Positions 19,966 to 30,195 of a stretch of DNA of 57,387 nucleotides are shown here, one piece after another. The stretch lies in the NCBI GenBank assembly GCA_019137195.1, contig JAGVSR010000072.1, forward strand, positions 1 to 57,387, given 5' to 3'. The position numbers and the translations under genes are program-made. The notes under the pieces are model-generated. The model did no database searches and was not told the origin of the DNA. It worked only from the letters and a program-made list of their open reading frames with translations. Source of the stretch: Alphaproteobacteria bacterium. Its GTDB lineage: Bacteria; Pseudomonadota; Alphaproteobacteria; Rhizobiales; Hyphomicrobiaceae. Each line of letters starts with the position of its first letter. Position 1 is the first letter of the stretch.

Positions 19966-20655
19966 CTATGCATCTCGTTCAGACTCGTAGCGCCACTTGA
20001 CCAATTCCTCTGGCTTGACCTTGTTCTTGGTCCAGTGGGCCACGCTGTCGCGAAACAGTGTGTAGGGTCCGGTACAGTCATGCTCGAAAAGGGTTGCTGT
20101 CTCCGCCGTCGTATCAACCCGCATGGCGTCCCATAGATACCCCGTCAAAGCCGCAGTCGCCGCTCCTGAAGCGCGTGCCGACGACGTCTCCTGCGTCTCG
20201 AACGGCCCGCAATACAGTTCAATCCTTGTTATGAGGTTGCAGGCGTCGATGAACGGCACATACTTCAAGTGCCGCAATTGGACCCACGCGAAAACACTGT
20301 CCTCTTGTGCATTGAGTAAATCGTATCCTGGCGAGACCTCGATCCTGCCCATCTCAACTTTGTTGTAGAACACCAAGAAGCGTCTTCCGAACACCGGCCT
20401 ATCGGGGCCGCGTACATAAGTGACATCTACAGGATCAACGGTCCAGCTCTCGCCAATCGAGCTTTCCAATGCCACAGCGAACCAGTTGAATAGTTCAAAG
20501 AACTCGATCTCCCGAGGCGACAGTGTCGCGCGTCGTGTCGCTTCCAGCAGAAGAATTGGTGGAGGTCGAAGCCGGCCCTCACCTTCTTGGATCTCTCTCC
20601 GTATGCCCGAGTCAACGGGGCCGGATACAGGTGTTCCGATTCGCCACCAGGACAT
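19966..20655 (-). CDS. Hypothetical protein; low-GC orphan gene (229 aa from MSWWRIG)
   Basis: ORF with RBS GGAAGG. Local GC is about 55% against about 68% in the flanks. No recognisable motif. Confidence 0.5.
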   Translation of the reverse strand: MSWWRIGTPVSGPVDSGIRREIQEGEGRLRPPPILLLEATRRATLSPREIEFFELFNWFAVALESSIGESWTVDPVDVTYVRGPDRPVFGRRFLVFYNKVEMGRIEVSPGYDLLNAQEDSVFAWVQLRHLKYVPFIDACNLITRIELYCGPFETQETSSARASGAATAALTGYLWDAMRVDTTAETATLFEHDCTGPYTLFRDSVAHWTKNKVKPEELVKWRYESERDA

Positions 20656-20918
20656 TTGCCTTCCGCCGGCCCGACCAATTTGGATGAAGCCACATCGAGT
20701 AGAGTCCGCTATCCTATCAATGAGCTGCCGTACGGCAAGCTTCTCGACTGAGCCCGTCGCAACGGCAGCTACTGGCCCAACCCGGACCTCGCAGCCTAGA
20801 CGCCTCCCCCTTCGAGGGGGAGGCGTCCGCATCTGGCCATCCGGCCGGTGGCTCGATGGCTGGACTTGAGGCGCGGCAGCCGTTGTCTCGAATGGCGCCA
20901 GGAAGTCCCGGAGCAGGC

Positions 20919-22268
20919 CTATTGCTGCGGAGCCGAAAATTGCGCTTCCATCTCACGGCGCGCAGCGACGGTTGCGTCGGTCTCGTCGAGCGCGACGTCG
21001 CTCCATGTAAGCCGCTGGCCTTCCGCGACATCGCGGACGAGCTTCACGCCCGCTGCAAGCCCGATCGGCAGCATGGCGCCCGCGACCGACGCTGCGGCTG
21101 GCGTCTGCTTGCCCCACACCGTGAACCCGCCCTCGCCGTCGAGCACGTCCCCGGCCTTGAGGCTGCGCTTGGCGACCGCGACAGCATCCGAGAGGAACGC
21201 GATCGGCGCGCCCGTGGGCTCGCCGCGAAGAGCAACGCTCGCGACCGAGATACCGAGTTCGAGGCCGATCAGGTGCGTCGGACGGTAGAGGGCGGCGTAG
21301 GTGCCCGTCTTGTCTTGCAGGCAGTTGTACTCGCGGAAGCACTGCCGCGCGTAGGCGCTTTCGCTGGTCACCACAACGTACGTGCCCATGGCGAGGTGAT
21401 GCGGCACGTCACGGCCGTCGCGAGTGAGCGACGACACGACCTCGGTCACACCGCGTTTCTCGAGCGTGCCGCCCTCGGCCCTGGGTTTCAGCAGGTCGGC
21501 AAGCTCGAAGCGTGACGCGGGCGGAAAGGCGAGTCCGCCGCTTTGCGACGCGAGGCCGGTCGCGTTCGCGACTGCCGTCATCTCGATCGCCGACTTGGTA
21601 CCGTCGAGGAACGAATTGAACATCTTGGGGTTGACGTGGCTCCGGTCCGCGATCGGCAGATACTGGGTGAGGATGTCCCATACCGTATCCGGGTTCGAGC
21701 CGTGATAGCTTGGCAGATAGCGCGTACCCTTGCCGGCAGCGACGACCTCGAAGCCGCACGCCCGCGCCCAGTCGACCTGGTCGCAAATGAGCGCTGGCTG
21801 GTCACCCCAGGCGAGGGAGTAGACGACCCCCGCTTCCCGCGCCCGGCGCGCGAGCAGGGGCCCCGCCAGCGCATCTGCCTCCACGTTGACCATGACGACG
21901 TGCTTGCCGTGCCGGATGGCAGCCGTCGCGAGCGAAATTCCCGTAGCCGGGTCGCCGGTCGCCTCGATCACGACCTCGATGGCGGGGTGAGCGATGAGAC
22001 GTGCGGCATCGTCGGCAACGAAGGTGGCGGATGTCTTGATTGCCTCGGACACGTCGCGGGCAGCCGAATGCTCGGCGGAGAATCCGGCCGCTGCGAGACG
22101 CTCACGGGCGCGGGAGACGGACAGGTCGGCGACGCCCGCAATGTGCAGCCCCGGCGTCAGCCGCGCCTGGGCGAGGAACATCGTCCCGAATTTTCCGGCC
22201 CCGATCAGCGCCACCCGCACCGGCCGACCTTGGGACGCACGTTCGCGAAGCTTGCTGGCAAGGTTCAT
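20919..22268 (-). CDS. NAD(P)-binding oxidoreductase, homoserine-dehydrogenase-like with C-terminal SAF domain (COG4091-like)
   Basis: N-terminal Rossmann motif VALIGAGKFG. 449 aa. Confidence 0.6.
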   Translation of the reverse strand: MNLASKLRERASQGRPVRVALIGAGKFGTMFLAQARLTPGLHIAGVADLSVSRARERLAAAGFSAEHSAARDVSEAIKTSATFVADDAARLIAHPAIEVVIEATGDPATGISLATAAIRHGKHVVMVNVEADALAGPLLARRAREAGVVYSLAWGDQPALICDQVDWARACGFEVVAAGKGTRYLPSYHGSNPDTVWDILTQYLPIADRSHVNPKMFNSFLDGTKSAIEMTAVANATGLASQSGGLAFPPASRFELADLLKPRAEGGTLEKRGVTEVVSSLTRDGRDVPHHLAMGTYVVVTSESAYARQCFREYNCLQDKTGTYAALYRPTHLIGLELGISVASVALRGEPTGAPIAFLSDAVAVAKRSLKAGDVLDGEGGFTVWGKQTPAAASVAGAMLPIGLAAGVKLVRDVAEGQRLTWSDVALDETDATVAARREMEAQFSAPQQ

Positions 22269-22364
22269 GGCGTCGTTCGCCTCGCAGTTGGCGGCAGGCT
22301 CTCGCCGGACTACGGGACGCGAGCCCGGTCTATGGCGGCGGACGGGTCCGGCGCGGGCCGGGGA

Positions 22365-22913
22365 TCAGTTGCTGATCGGCTCGACTTGAACCTTGGCAAC
22401 ACCCGCATGACGCATGCCGAGAATGTCGGCAGCGCCTTCCGAAACGTCGATCACGCGGCCGGCCACGAACGGGCCGCGGTCGTTGACGCGGAGCACCACC
22501 GATCGGCCGTTGTCGAGGTTGGTGACCTTGACCTTGGACCCCATGGGCAAGGTTCTGTGGGCTGCCGTCATGGCCGTCTTGTCGAAGGCCTCACCCGACG
22601 CCGTGAGCGCGCCAACGCCGGCGCCGTAGTAGGAGGCGAGACCATTCAAGGAATGCACTGGGTGGGAGCGGCCGGACGGGCGTGCCTGACCGTTAGCCTC
22701 ACCCAGGGAGGCGGTTTCGACGGCCGGCGCTCGGCGGGCGTAGACGACGGTGGTCCAGGCCGGATCGGCAACCTGCGACCCGGTCGACACCGAGACGTCC
22801 CAGGCCCCGGCCGACGGCTTGCCGAGCCCGAACGGCCAATCCTGGGCGCTGGCCGGCTGCACGGCCAGAAGGAGCACTGCCAGCGTGAGCGAGAGGGGAC
22901 GAGCGATTGGCAC
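22365..22913 (-). CDS. rlpA: Septal-ring lytic transglycosylase RlpA family (DPBB domain) protein
   Basis: Signal peptide. ASYYG...TASGE...TAAHRTLPMGSKVKVTNLDNGRSVVLRVNDRGP is the RlpA DPBB signature. Confidence 0.85.
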   Translation of the reverse strand: MPIARPLSLTLAVLLLAVQPASAQDWPFGLGKPSAGAWDVSVSTGSQVADPAWTTVVYARRAPAVETASLGEANGQARPSGRSHPVHSLNGLASYYGAGVGALTASGEAFDKTAMTAAHRTLPMGSKVKVTNLDNGRSVVLRVNDRGPFVAGRVIDVSEGAADILGMRHAGVAKVQVEPISN

Positions 22914-23051
22914 GCGAGGATCCCTGATGTTCCGCGCTTCGGAGACGGCGATGACAATTATTGGTGGTTATGCCGATTCGGAGGCGGGAAAAAGAAGAGG
23001 GCGGCAAAAGCTGTGAGCTTTGCCGCCCCCGTCTGCAATCTCGCCAGCGGA

Positions 23052-23555
23052 TCAGCCGCGGCCGAGAACCTGCATCGACACCGGCACGACGCCGGCGCCC
23101 TTCATGCCGATGACGCCGGCGGCGCCCGACGACAGGTCGATCACGCGGCCCTTCACGAACGGACCGCGGTCGTTGATGGTGACCGTGACCGAGCGGCCGT
23201 TATGCAGGTTCGTCACGCGCACCTTGGTGCCGAACGGCAGCGTCTTGTGGGCCGCCGTCATCGCGGAGGGGTTGAACCGGGCACCCGAGGCCGTCTGCTG
23301 GCCCTGCCAATAGTAGGAGGCCATGCCGCTGCCGCCACCGCCGCCGCTGTAGGATTTGCGGGACTTGGACGCAGACTTGTACGTCGACTTCGACGACTTG
23401 TAGCTGCCGGTCCGCTTCGCCTTGTGGGACGTGGCCTTGGCGCAGGCGGCAGCCGGACCCATGCACTCCCAGGCCGGTACGGCGGCCGACGCGGCCCCGA
23501 CGTTGACGAGGCCGAGCGTGAGCGCTGCGAGAGCTGCAGCAACGATGATGCGCAT
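23052..23555 (-). CDS. RlpA-like DPBB protein (paralog) with a Lys/Ser-rich low-complexity linker
   Basis: Signal peptide. ASYYW...TAAHKTLPFGTKVRVTNLHNGRSVTVTINDRGP. It is tandem to the first rlpA. Confidence 0.8.
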   Translation of the reverse strand: MRIIVAAALAALTLGLVNVGAASAAVPAWECMGPAAACAKATSHKAKRTGSYKSSKSTYKSASKSRKSYSGGGGGSGMASYYWQGQQTASGARFNPSAMTAAHKTLPFGTKVRVTNLHNGRSVTVTINDRGPFVKGRVIDLSSGAAGVIGMKGAGVVPVSMQVLGRG

Positions 23556-24092
23556 GTCTTCTTCTCCTGTTCACGGTGACATTGGCCCAGGCAGGAGTGC
23601 CGTGCCCCGCCTGCCGTCCACGGCAAGGCGCTCGCGAGCGCGATCAGAGGGCAAACGGCACGGCCGGTTGGATCGGCCCGCTGAGAAAGGGCCTGAGCCG
23701 AGCGCCAAAACGTGCTCTGTCACCGAACACTTGTGGGGACTACTCTGGTGGCTCCCCGTCTTGGTGCAGCGCAGCGAGCACGGCGCCATGACACCGGTCA
23801 ACATCGCAAACTAAACGTTGTTAAGGTAAATTGTTGCAGATAGCTGATTGCGCTTGGCTTTTTCGATGTTGCCGCATCAACTCCGCGACGGCAGGTCGCA
23901 CATATTTCGGTTTAACCAGAAAATGGAGCGCTCTGATATTGCGGCAAAAAGATGGCGCAATCGAAGCGCCTGCGCGGTCGGGCTGAGGGCTATGGCCGCC
24001 TGGACCGCTCGTCGATGAATTGTGGTCCGTGACCCGCCAGCGTATGGGAAAGCCGTGGACTGGTGGCGGGCGGCGCATCGCAAGGAGCGGCT

Positions 24093-25412
24093 ATGAAAGT
24101 GACACCAGCTGCCACAAGCTCCCCTGCGCCGCCGCCACGACCCGACTTCGCACAGGCGGTGCGCGCCTTTGCCCGCATTGGGCTTCTGTCGTTCGGCGGC
24201 CCCGCCGGCCAGATCGCGATGATGCACAAGGTGCTCGTCGACGAGAAGCGCTGGCTCTCCGAGCACTCCTACCTGACCGCCCTCAATTTCTGCATGCTGC
24301 TCCCCGGACCCGAGGCGATGCAGCTCGCGACCTACGCCGGCTGGCGGCTGCACGGGGTCAAAGGCGGCCTCGCCGCCGGCTTCCTGTTCGTGTTTCCGGG
24401 CGCCGTCCTGATGCTCGCTCTGGCACTGGCCTACGCCGCCTTTGGCCGGCACCCCGTCGCCGAGGTCTTGTTCGTCGGCATCAAGGCGGCCGTTCTCGCC
24501 ATCGTCGTCGAGGCCCTGGTTCGCATCTCACGCCGGGCCTTGAAGCGACGCGACGACTGGCTGATCGCGGCCGCCGCCTTCGCCGCCATTTTCCTCCTGG
24601 GCGTTCCATTCCCCGCCATCGTCCTCGCAGCCGGTCTCGTCGGCTTTGCGCGCGGCACGGCGAGCGCCGAGCAGCCGGCCGCAGCGGCCACCCCCGTCCC
24701 GCTTTCTCGCACGCTCGCGACAATCCTCGTCTGGCTTGCCGTCTGGATCGTGCCGCTGGCGGTCGTCGCCCTCCTGTTCGGCCCCGATCACGTATTGTCG
24801 GAGTTGGCCTGGTTTTTCTCCAAGCTGGCGGTCGTCACCTTTGGCGGCGCCTATGCTGTCCTCGCCTACATGGCTCAGGCCGTAGTCCAGGGCTATGGAT
24901 GGCTGTCGCCAGGAGAGATGCTGGACGCGCTCGGGCTTGCCGAGACCACCCCCGGACCGCTCATCCTGGTCAACGAGTTCGTAGCCACCCTCGCCGCCTG
25001 GCGCCACGGTGGCGGCCCGCCCGTGCTGATGGGCGTGCTCGGCGCGGCGGTCGCGCTCTAGGCCACCTTCGCACCGTGCTTCCTGTGGATCTTTGCCGGC
25101 GCCCCCTACATCGAGTACCTCAACGCCAATCCGCGCCTCAAGTCTGCCCTCGCCGCCATTACGGCCGCGGTCGTCGGCGTAATCCTCAATCTCACCGTCT
25201 GGTTCGCACTCCACGTGCTGTTCGGCACCATCGGCGAGGAAACCCTCGGCCCCCTCCACCTTCACGTGCCCGATCCTGCGAGCCTCCGCCCGGACGCCCT
25301 TGCTCTCGCTGCCGTCGCCTTCGTCCTTCTGTTCGCGCTCCATCGCTCGATCGCCGAGACCCTCGCGGTCTGCGGCGGGCTATCGCTTCTGTGGTGGTAC
25401 ACGAGCCGCTGA
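24093..25412 (+). pseudogene. chrA: Chromate transporter ChrA (long-chain) interrupted by an in-frame TAG at 25059-25061
   Basis: Continuous ChrA homology runs in a single frame across the stop codon (...GVLGAAVAL*ATFAPCFLWIFAGAPYIEYLNANPRL...). The total is 450 codons. Confidence 0.75.
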
Positions 25413-25492
25413 GCGCCGCGGGAAGGGGTGGGGAGTGCCGCTCGCGAGATCCGGCCCAGCTCCCCCCGGCCGGGCCATCCAGAACGACGGCC

Positions 25493-26818
25493 TCACAACA
25501 TCCCGAGCCACCTCGGCAACGCGAGCGAGAGATCGGGCCAGTAGGTGACGAGCACGAGAAAGCCCAGCATCGTCATGAGCCACGGACCGACGGCGCGCGC
25601 CATGTCGGACAGCCCGAGCTTGGCCACCCCGCTTGCCACGTAGAGGTTGAGCCCCACCGGCGGCGTGATCATCCCGATCTCCATGTTGATGACCAGGATG
25701 ATTCCGAGATGTACGGGGTGGATACCGAGCCTGGCGGCTACGGGAAACAGGATCGGCGCCAGGATAAGCGTGATCGAGGCCGGTTCCATCATCGTGCCGG
25801 CGACGAGGAGCAGCACGTTGACTGCCAGCAGGAAGGTGACCCACCCGAAGCCCTGGTCGATGAGGAAGCCGGCAATCGCCTGCGGAATCTGCTCGTGTGT
25901 CAGGAGAAACGAGAACAGTACTGCGTTGGTGATGATGTAGAGCAGCATCGCGCTCATGTTGGCGGCCTCGACGAGCACGCGCGGCACGTCGGCGAAGGTC
26001 ATGTCCTTGTAGACGAAGAGTGCGACGGCAAATGCGTAGACCGCGCTCATGGCCGCAGCCTCGGTCGCCGTATAAAGTCCGGCATATATGCCGCCCAGCA
26101 CGACTGCGATGAGCAGGAGCCCCCAGATGCTGTCGCGGAACGCGAGCCAGACCTCCCGCCATGACGCGCGCTCACCCGTGGGATAGCCTCCGTCCCAGGC
26201 GCGGTACCACGTCGTCAGCGCTAGCAGAATTGCGAGCAGGATGCCTGGCACCACGCCGGCCATAAAGAGGTCGTCGACCGAGGCCGCTGCCACCTTCTTG
26301 CCGTCGGGCCCCACAGCCGACATGCCCGAGATGGCGACCGAGTAGAGCACCATCACGATCGACGGCGGGATAAGGATTCCGAGCGCACCGGCCGACGCGA
26401 TCGTGCCCGCCCCGAACGCTACCGGATAGCCGCGAGCCACCATGGCCGGCATCAGAATTGATCCGATGGCCACAACCGTCGCCGGCGACGACCCCGAGAT
26501 GGCGGCGAAGATCGCGCACGCCATGACCCCGGCGATCCCGAGCCCGCCCGGCCAGTGGCCGACGCACGCCGTCGCGAACCGGATCATGCGCTTCGCGACG
26601 CCGCCGTGAGTGAGGAATGCCCCAGCCAGAATGAAGAACGGCACCGACATGATCTCGAACTTCTCGATGCCCGTGAAAAGCTTGAGCGCAACGGCATCGA
26701 GCGGCACCTGGGTAACCGTGAAAAGCACCGCGAGCACCGTGAGCCCGAGCGCAATCGAGACCGGCATGCCCGTCAGCATCAGGAGCGCCAGTAGCCCGAA
26801 AATGACAAGCGCCGTCAT
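25493..26818 (-). CDS. dctM: TRAP transporter large permease DctM
   Basis: 441 aa starting MTALVIFGLLALLMLTGMPVSIALGL. Overlaps the dctQ stop, suggesting translational coupling. Confidence 0.9.
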   Translation of the reverse strand: MTALVIFGLLALLMLTGMPVSIALGLTVLAVLFTVTQVPLDAVALKLFTGIEKFEIMSVPFFILAGAFLTHGGVAKRMIRFATACVGHWPGGLGIAGVMACAIFAAISGSSPATVVAIGSILMPAMVARGYPVAFGAGTIASAGALGILIPPSIVMVLYSVAISGMSAVGPDGKKVAAASVDDLFMAGVVPGILLAILLALTTWYRAWDGGYPTGERASWREVWLAFRDSIWGLLLIAVVLGGIYAGLYTATEAAAMSAVYAFAVALFVYKDMTFADVPRVLVEAANMSAMLLYIITNAVLFSFLLTHEQIPQAIAGFLIDQGFGWVTFLLAVNVLLLVAGTMMEPASITLILAPILFPVAARLGIHPVHLGIILVINMEIGMITPPVGLNLYVASGVAKLGLSDMARAVGPWLMTMLGFLVLVTYWPDLSLALPRWLGML

Positions 26819-27435
26819 GCCGGCCGCTCCTCGCGCGAAATTCCGCTGACATGCCCTGCGTCGTGCCGTGGCAGCTCGCCGGTGCCATGAAACCGCCTGG
26901 CTACTTGCAGGAACCGGAAGCACATCAGGTAGGATCCGAGCGGGATGCAGAGATAGACGAGCCACATCGGCGCCTCGAGCGTCGGCGACACCTGCCCGGT
27001 TCCGATCATATGCCAGACGAAGCGCGCACCCAGAGTGCCGACAATAGCGGTGAACAGCGCGCCGGCCGCAAGGCTGGTGAGCACCAGGATCCGCCGCCAC
27101 GTGTCGCTCACGGCGTTGACGAGAACGTCGACGCCGACGTGGATGCCGGTCCTGACGCCGTACGCCGCGCCGAATTTGGCCATCCAGATGAAAAGGATGA
27201 TGCAGAGCTCCTGCGCCCACGTAAGCCGCACCGTCGCCAGCGTGAAGTAGAGGGTCTTGAGCGACGCCGCGAGATCCGGATGGCCAGCGCCTTTTGCCCA
27301 ACCCACCAGCTGCCCCAGGTGCGACAGCGAATAGCGATGCACGACAGCGACAAATATGATGAGCGTCGCCGCCGCGATGCATGTTGCGATCACCGTCTCC
27401 TCGAACCGGTCGAGCGCTTTGAGCAAAGCTTTCAT
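26815..27435 (-). CDS. dctQ: TRAP transporter small permease DctQ
   Basis: Starts at MKALLKALDRFEE. Four transmembrane segments. Confidence 0.8.
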   Translation of the reverse strand: MKALLKALDRFEETVIATCIAAATLIIFVAVVHRYSLSHLGQLVGWAKGAGHPDLAASLKTLYFTLATVRLTWAQELCIILFIWMAKFGAAYGVRTGIHVGVDVLVNAVSDTWRRILVLTSLAAGALFTAIVGTLGARFVWHMIGTGQVSPTLEAPMWLVYLCIPLGSYLMCFRFLQVARRFHGTGELPRHDAGHVSGISREERPA

Positions 27436-27581
27436 GACCCACCCGCTGCGGACACGCCCGTCCGCCTCGCCGGGAGCGGCCTGTGGCAACAGCCACTCGC
27501 GGTCGCCGATCGAGGCGAGAAAGTCGTTCGAAGTACGGACATGAGCACCCGCATGTTCACCCTGCCCCTAACTCGTCCCCG

Positions 27582-28595
27582 TCAAGGGGACGAAGACTCT
27601 GCTGCGCGCGCCGCTGCGGCCGTTGCCGCATGTATTCGCTCGATCAGCTCCCGCCCGACGCGCGGCGCAACGATGTCCTCGACACCGCCGAACGCTGCGA
27701 TCCATGCCGCGCGCTCCGCCTCCGTCGGCTCGTGAAACACCGTCGTGCCGAGCATCCGGATCTCGCCGAGCGCCTCGCTGTTCTCCCTCAAGGCTTCGCC
27801 GTTGGCATAGGGAGTCGTCTCCCGGATCGCCTCCTCGAGCGCCGCCCGCACGTCCGCCGGCAACCCGTCCCAGAACCGCTTGTTGGCGATTACCGCATAG
27901 CCGAGGAAGCCGTGGAAGGTCAGCGTCGCATACGACTGCACCTCGTACATCTTCTGGGTCAGCATGTTGGCCGGCGGATTCTCGGTTCCGTCCACCACCC
28001 CGGACGACAAGGCCTGATAGGCTTCCGAGAATGCGAGCACCTGCGGCAGCGCGCCGATCGCGGCCATCTGCTCCTCGATCACCCGCGACGACTGGATGCG
28101 CATCTTGAGCCCCAGCACGTCATCGGGAGCGACAAGCGGCCGGTTGGCGGAGAGGATCTTGAATCCGTTGTTCCAGTAGGCGAGCCCCTTGATGCCTTTG
28201 CTCTCGAGGCGCGCAAGCAGCTCGGCCCCGATCGGTCCCTCGGTCACCGCCGCGAGCTCGGCGTAGCTCTTGAACACGTAGGGAATGTCGAACGCCTCGA
28301 ACTCCGTGAGACCCAGCGGCCCGAACTTCGAAAGCGATGGCGCCAACATCTCGACCGCACCGAGCTGCAGCGCTTCGAGCTCCTCCTTGTCCTTGTAGAG
28401 CTGCGAGTTCGGATAGAGCTCGATCCTGACGCGCCCCTCGGTTTTCCTCTCCGCAAGCTCCTTGAACCGCTGCGCCGCCTTCGACTTGTGCGCCTGCGGG
28501 GCGGCAACGTGGCTGAAGCGGATGACGATCGGCTCGGCACGCGCCACCACGGCTGATAGGCACAACGCGAGGAGGGCAGCGATCGTGCGAGGCAT
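27582..28595 (-). CDS. dctP: TRAP transporter substrate-binding protein DctP family
   Basis: 337 aa. Signal peptide. DctP-family sequence; position completes a dctPQM operon. Confidence 0.9.
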   Translation of the reverse strand: MPRTIAALLALCLSAVVARAEPIVIRFSHVAAPQAHKSKAAQRFKELAERKTEGRVRIELYPNSQLYKDKEELEALQLGAVEMLAPSLSKFGPLGLTEFEAFDIPYVFKSYAELAAVTEGPIGAELLARLESKGIKGLAYWNNGFKILSANRPLVAPDDVLGLKMRIQSSRVIEEQMAAIGALPQVLAFSEAYQALSSGVVDGTENPPANMLTQKMYEVQSYATLTFHGFLGYAVIANKRFWDGLPADVRAALEEAIRETTPYANGEALRENSEALGEIRMLGTTVFHEPTEAERAAWIAAFGGVEDIVAPRVGRELIERIHAATAAAARAAESSSP

Positions 28596-28611
28596 GAACT
28601 GCGCCGTCTCC

Positions 28612-28803
28612 TCAGGTCTCCGCCGGCGGCCGGTGGCCGATCTCGCGGCGCCACGATCTCATGACGGCTCGCGTCAGCCGCACCACACGCCGCGCCCGCA
28701 GCGCATCCTCGCGCTTCAAACACCAGCAGCAGAGACAGAATCCCGGCTTGCGCGCCAGATTGAGCACGAGCCGGTAGATCCTCGTCTCGCTCTCGAGGCT
28801 CAT
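28612..28803 (-). CDS. Hypothetical small Arg-rich protein (63 aa)
   Basis: Start overlaps the prmB stop (ATGA). Third-position GC is about 90%. CLCCWC cluster. Confidence 0.4.
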   Translation of the reverse strand: MSLESETRIYRLVLNLARKPGFCLCCWCLKREDALRARRVVRLTRAVMRSWRREIGHRPPAET

Positions 28804-29753
28804 GCTTTGGCTCCCTTGCGCCGCTTGGCACCGTGAGAAGGCGCCGGCACGAAATCCTGCGCCCCGAGAGCAAACACCTCTCCCTCGCTCTCCGCGGTAT
28901 CGAGCCAGAGGAACGGCAGATGGGCATAGTCGGCTTCGAGCACCTCGCGCCCGTGACCGATTTCCACCACCAGCACACCTTCGGGCTGAAGATGCAGCGG
29001 AGCCTCTGCCAGGATCTTGCGTACGAGGTCGAGTCCGTCCTCGCCGCCGGCGTGGGCAAGCAGCGGCTCGGCCCTGTATTCGGGCGGGAAGGCTGCCACG
29101 GCCTCGGCATCGACGTAGGGCGGGTTCGATATGATGAGGTCGTAGCGCGCGGACTCGAGCGCCGCGAAGAGATCAGAATGCACGATCCGCACGGTGTCCG
29201 TGAGGCCATAGTCGGCCACGTTGATGCGCGCAACCTTCAGCGCCTCGGTCGAGATGTCGACCGCGTCGACGGTCGCGTTCGGAAACGCCAGCGCGGCGAG
29301 AACGGCGAGAGAGCCGCCGCCGGTACAGAGGTCGAGGACACGGCCGACGCTGTCGGGATCGGAGATCGCGCCCGCGAGCCCACCGTCGAGGAGCTCGCCG
29401 ATGTACGATCGCGGCACGATCACCCGCTCGTCGACATAGAACTTGTGGCCTCTGATCCACGCCTCGTTGAGGAGATAAGGTGCGGGCTTACGCGTCTCGA
29501 CCCGCTCGCCAAAGAGCTTCGCTATCCGCTCCCGCTCTGCCCGCGTGAGCCGTGCGTCGAGCCAGGGCTCGAGCTGATCCGGCGGCAAGCCGAGTCCGCG
29601 CAACACCAGAAACGCCGCTTCGTCGAGAGCAGTCGCCGTTCCGTGCCCGAACACCAGCTCGGCTCTTGCGAATTGGCTAACGCCGTACCGCACCCAGTCG
29701 CGCAGCGTCACGAGATCGTCGACGGCAGTCTGGTCTGGGGCGGTCATGCGCAC
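28800..29753 (-). CDS. prmB: Ribosomal protein L3 N5-glutamine methyltransferase
   Basis: NPPY motif (LIISNPPYV), SAM-binding VLDLCTGGG. 317 aa. Confidence 0.85.
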   Translation of the reverse strand: MRMTAPDQTAVDDLVTLRDWVRYGVSQFARAELVFGHGTATALDEAAFLVLRGLGLPPDQLEPWLDARLTRAERERIAKLFGERVETRKPAPYLLNEAWIRGHKFYVDERVIVPRSYIGELLDGGLAGAISDPDSVGRVLDLCTGGGSLAVLAALAFPNATVDAVDISTEALKVARINVADYGLTDTVRIVHSDLFAALESARYDLIISNPPYVDAEAVAAFPPEYRAEPLLAHAGGEDGLDLVRKILAEAPLHLQPEGVLVVEIGHGREVLEADYAHLPFLWLDTAESEGEVFALGAQDFVPAPSHGAKRRKGAKA

Positions 29754-29880
29754 TGGCCCGGCTCTTGTCGTCGCGTGATGCTAGTTTCCCGACCGCGAAG
29801 TTCGTCTCATTCGTCGGCACGCTCGGACCGAACTTCGCTGTCGAAAGGACACTAGCAGGCCATCGATCTGGTGTGGCTCG

Positions 29881-29935
29881 GATTCTGAAGTCCGCTCAAG
29901 AACCCAGCCGCAAGAATGAAGCGGACTTCAGAATC
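29881..29935. repeat. Perfect 16-bp inverted repeat with a 23-nt spacer (long stem-loop)
   Basis: GATTCTGAAGTCCGCT...AGCGGACTTCAGAATC. Both ends are GANTC sites. Confidence 0.8.
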
Positions 29936-30195
29936 GCCACACTAGCGTGCTTCCGGAAACCTGGGAACCGCCTTCCGACAAGAAACACGCGAAAACAAAG
30001 AACTAGAACGTCGACGGGATGAGAGGACAAGCGCCAGCGCGCGACGACGGTTTGCACTCTCGCAACTCGAGAGGCGGCATGCATCGCAACACCGCGAGGC
30101 GCTGCGATGCGGACGCTGGGTCTCGGGACGGCGTCGCGATATCCCGTGGCTGCAGCGTACCGCCTTCAACGCGGCTCCGTGCAAGGCATCAGGAA

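Noticed and set aside
25493-27496. 667-aa ORF suggesting a fused TRAP DctQM permease
   Set aside because: The N-terminal 225 aa in this frame are low-complexity nonsense. DctQ is encoded in a different frame (26815..27435) and DctM starts at MTALVIFG (26818). These are therefore two separate, overlapping genes.
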